Of a stretch of DNA of 64,000 nt, positions 61,395-64,000 are shown one piece after another. Under the pieces are notes generated by a model. That model was not told the DNA's origin and did no database searches. It saw only the letters and a list, made by a program, of their open reading frames with translations. Origin of the DNA: Leptogorgia sarmentosa (taxonomy: Eukaryota); assembly GCA_964658305.1 (NCBI GenBank), contig OZ210885.1, forward strand, positions 19,158,001 to 19,222,000. The letters run 5' to 3'. Numbering within the stretch: position 1 is the first letter of the stretch; every line of letters begins with the position of its first letter. The position numbers were made by a program, and so were the translations under genes.

Positions 61395-63917
61395 ATGCCG
61401 AGGGAAGAACTTTCCAATGCTTGCCGGACTGCAGCCGAGGCTTTGCAGGTTTTGAGCAACGTAAATCCAACAGGTGTTCTCAATCGCGTCCATCGCAATA
61501 CAACTAATACAAGTAATCCTGTGGTTCCTAACTCCCCTGAATCGCTTCCTAACAGACTATCAAATGTCTTCGCATCTGGTGCTGGTGGATCAAATACCAC
61601 AAGCTTAGAGAACGAGCTTGGGGCTCGCTTTCCAACAGTTGGCGTTAATAGGTCCAGAAAACGAAGACCAACATCATCTGTAAATGCACTTCGAAGCAAC
61701 AAGAAAAAAGCACAAAGAGGAAGGAGAAATAATGATGTTGTTTATAAAGACCTCGTGTTTATTCCCAATCCAGAGGAAACAGATGTACCAACACACAAAA
61801 AGCGATTAGAACTGGAGGAGCAAAACTTTGTTATTCACAAATTTCCATTCACCAGGTCATGGTCGGCAGGGACTTTAAAGGAAGAAATTGGTAAAGTGTT
61901 ACCAACTGGAACAGAATTCGAATTCATGAAGGTATTGACCAATCGGTATTGATACAATTCGGTATTGATACAATTCGGTATTGATACAATTCTCGATACC
62001 AATATTCGATACTTTCGATACCCAAGTCTTATATCGGTACGATAAGATAGAGTATAATATACGTATCGATACTGACATGAAATTCGATCATTTCGAATTT
62101 GGATACCCCTGAGCCTGCGGTCTTTTTTAGTTTGGGTTAGCGGGCACAAAACGAGGTTTTTGGGGGCGAGGCTGAATCACTAGGCCTAATTAGTAATTAG
62201 TATAGCATGATATCACAAGCTATCACTCCACCCTCTGTGGAACTTAGGCGGCGCCACTGGTATACAATTCTATTTACGCTCGATTATTGTCTAATAAAAG
62301 AAAATCAACTTATAATCAAATCTGATTTTTCTGGTCCTACAATTGTGTTAATTGTACAAATCTCTCAACAGGCTTGCTATGGTAATTTAATCAAACCTAA
62401 TTTGGCTGATGGAGTAGAGATGACCTCAAATGTGTTGCTAAAGCTCGCTGGTCAGGGAAATGTATATGTTAGAAGTTTAACGAATGTGAATGAAAGTGAT
62501 GATGATGTCAACATAGATGAGTTACTCACACATCCTGCCTTTGCAACAGTCAACGTTCCTTCCGTTCACGTAAATAGAAGTGCTTCCTTTACTGAGGATT
62601 TGAATAATTGGCCAGGCTATGAAATAACGATCAATGAAAGTGATTTTGGTAGAGACAATGAAACATCTAACGACATGACCAATTGGACTGGTGGTACATG
62701 TTTGTCTGCTGTAACTTCACAGCCCCCAATGGCTACACACCAGTTATTGTCGTCAGTTCCTCCTGTTATCGCAAGCACAGTTCACGATTCGAATGTAATA
62801 ACAGCTGATGATCCTGATGGTTCACAAGCAGTTGAAGATCCTGATCTTCCAATAGTAGTTGATGATCCCGACTCTCCAATAGCAATTGATGGTCCTGACT
62901 CTCCAACTGCAATTGATGATCCTGATCCCTTTATCATAAAGGTCCACCGCACTATGATACGTCAAGATTTAATTAACACTTTCTCTGATGAATCAATAAT
63001 GTCGAAACCACTAGTTGGAATAATGGTAAATTCCAGAGGAGAAGAGGACAATGTTCGTGGTACATTGTAATGAGGGAAATATTTTCGTTGTTATGGTCTG
63101 AATTTGCAGACTCGTCAATGATTGGAGAAGAAGAGAGAATACCTTTTATTAGACATGATTATAACAGAGAGACATGGAAAGCAGTTGCTAGAATTTTGGT
63201 GAAAGGGTTCACAGATTGCTCGTACTTTCCATTACGTCTCAGCAAGGTTTTTATGTGCAGTGTAATTTACGACGAGTCTGGTGACGGAACCGATGTTGTT
63301 ATCGTCATTCAAATGTTATATCTCCGAGGATGAGGCGGAAATTGTGAAGCAAGGGTTATCCAAAGAAATCCCTCTTGATAGTAAAGAACTGTCGGATTTC
63401 CTAGAAAATTTTGATTGCAGAAAGGTGATAAGTCCTGATAACATCTGTCACATAATCACGGAATTGGCCCATAAGGAACTCATACAAAAACCAAAGTATG
63501 TTTCACATTGCTGGTCGGATATTGTTGCTAAGTTAAAACTCTATTTTCCCGCCATTGAAGATCTTGTAGCATTCTATCAAAGTCATGATCCAACAAATGC
63601 GAAAGTTGTTAATATACTATATGCAGAAATTTGAAATGATGCGGAGAAAGAAGCATTTAATTTTTTGAAGAAATATGTAAGAGGTCTAGAAAAGGGCAAG
63701 TTGTGTGCATTTCTAAAGTTTAACAGCATCAGATATAATTATTACTGATAGAATTCAAGTCAGTTTTACAAATGTTACCAGTGCTGCTCGTAGGCCTATT
63801 AGCCACACATGTGGGTGTACACTTGAACTGCCTAGCACTTATGCAAATTTTTGTGAGCTTAGGCAAGAGTTTAACAATATTCTCTCAGCAGACAGCTGGG
63901 AAATGAGCATTGTTTAA
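61395..63917 (+). pseudogene. HECT-domain E3 ubiquitin ligase-like gene (G2E3-like C-terminus), two exons
   Basis: Exon 1 to EFMK|GT (61931); exon 2 from CAG|ACYG (~62372); REIFSLLWSEF, WKAVARILVKG, AHKELIQKPKY; terminal RRPISHTCGCTLELPSTY with the catalytic Cys; frameshifts and a stop at ~63070, ~63290, 63632. Confidence 0.82.
61947..61996 (+). repeat. 16-bp tandem repeat in the HECT-gene intron
   Basis: GTATTGATACAATTCG x ~3, followed by CGATAC-rich sequence. Confidence 0.8.
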
Positions 63918-64000
63918 TGTATATGTATATAATGTATAATATTTGAGAGTCCTAAATACCGAAAACATCCACCTATAAACTCCCCCTGTGTATAGATCAA

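Overview
Eukaryotic, AT-rich, intron-containing DNA. The repeat families suggest a marine invertebrate, probably a cnidarian (inference). Nearly the whole window is a nest of mostly decayed transposable elements, and I recognise no conventional host gene. In order: a hAT 3' fragment split by a MITE; a complete Tigger/pogo element with a divergent HIRAN-domain ORF; an L2/CR1 fragment; a THAP-Kolobok; a 7.3-kb TIR element I cannot classify (Myb/SANT exon, P-like DDE motifs, convergent HIRAN ORF); a ZMYM1-like hAT split by a Penelope-like retroelement with a hammerhead ribozyme but no visible GIY-YIG; a Polinton integrase/penton fragment; a micro-exon zinc-knuckle gene; two back-to-back Helitrons; a virus-like block of small intronless ORFs with a divergent intron-containing tRNA-Tyr; two more hATs; a Copia; and an IS3EU-like integrase gene head-to-head with a HECT E3 ligase gene, split by a full-length Sola3. 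About a dozen MITEs are scattered through these. Family names come from motif recognition by eye; no database search was run.
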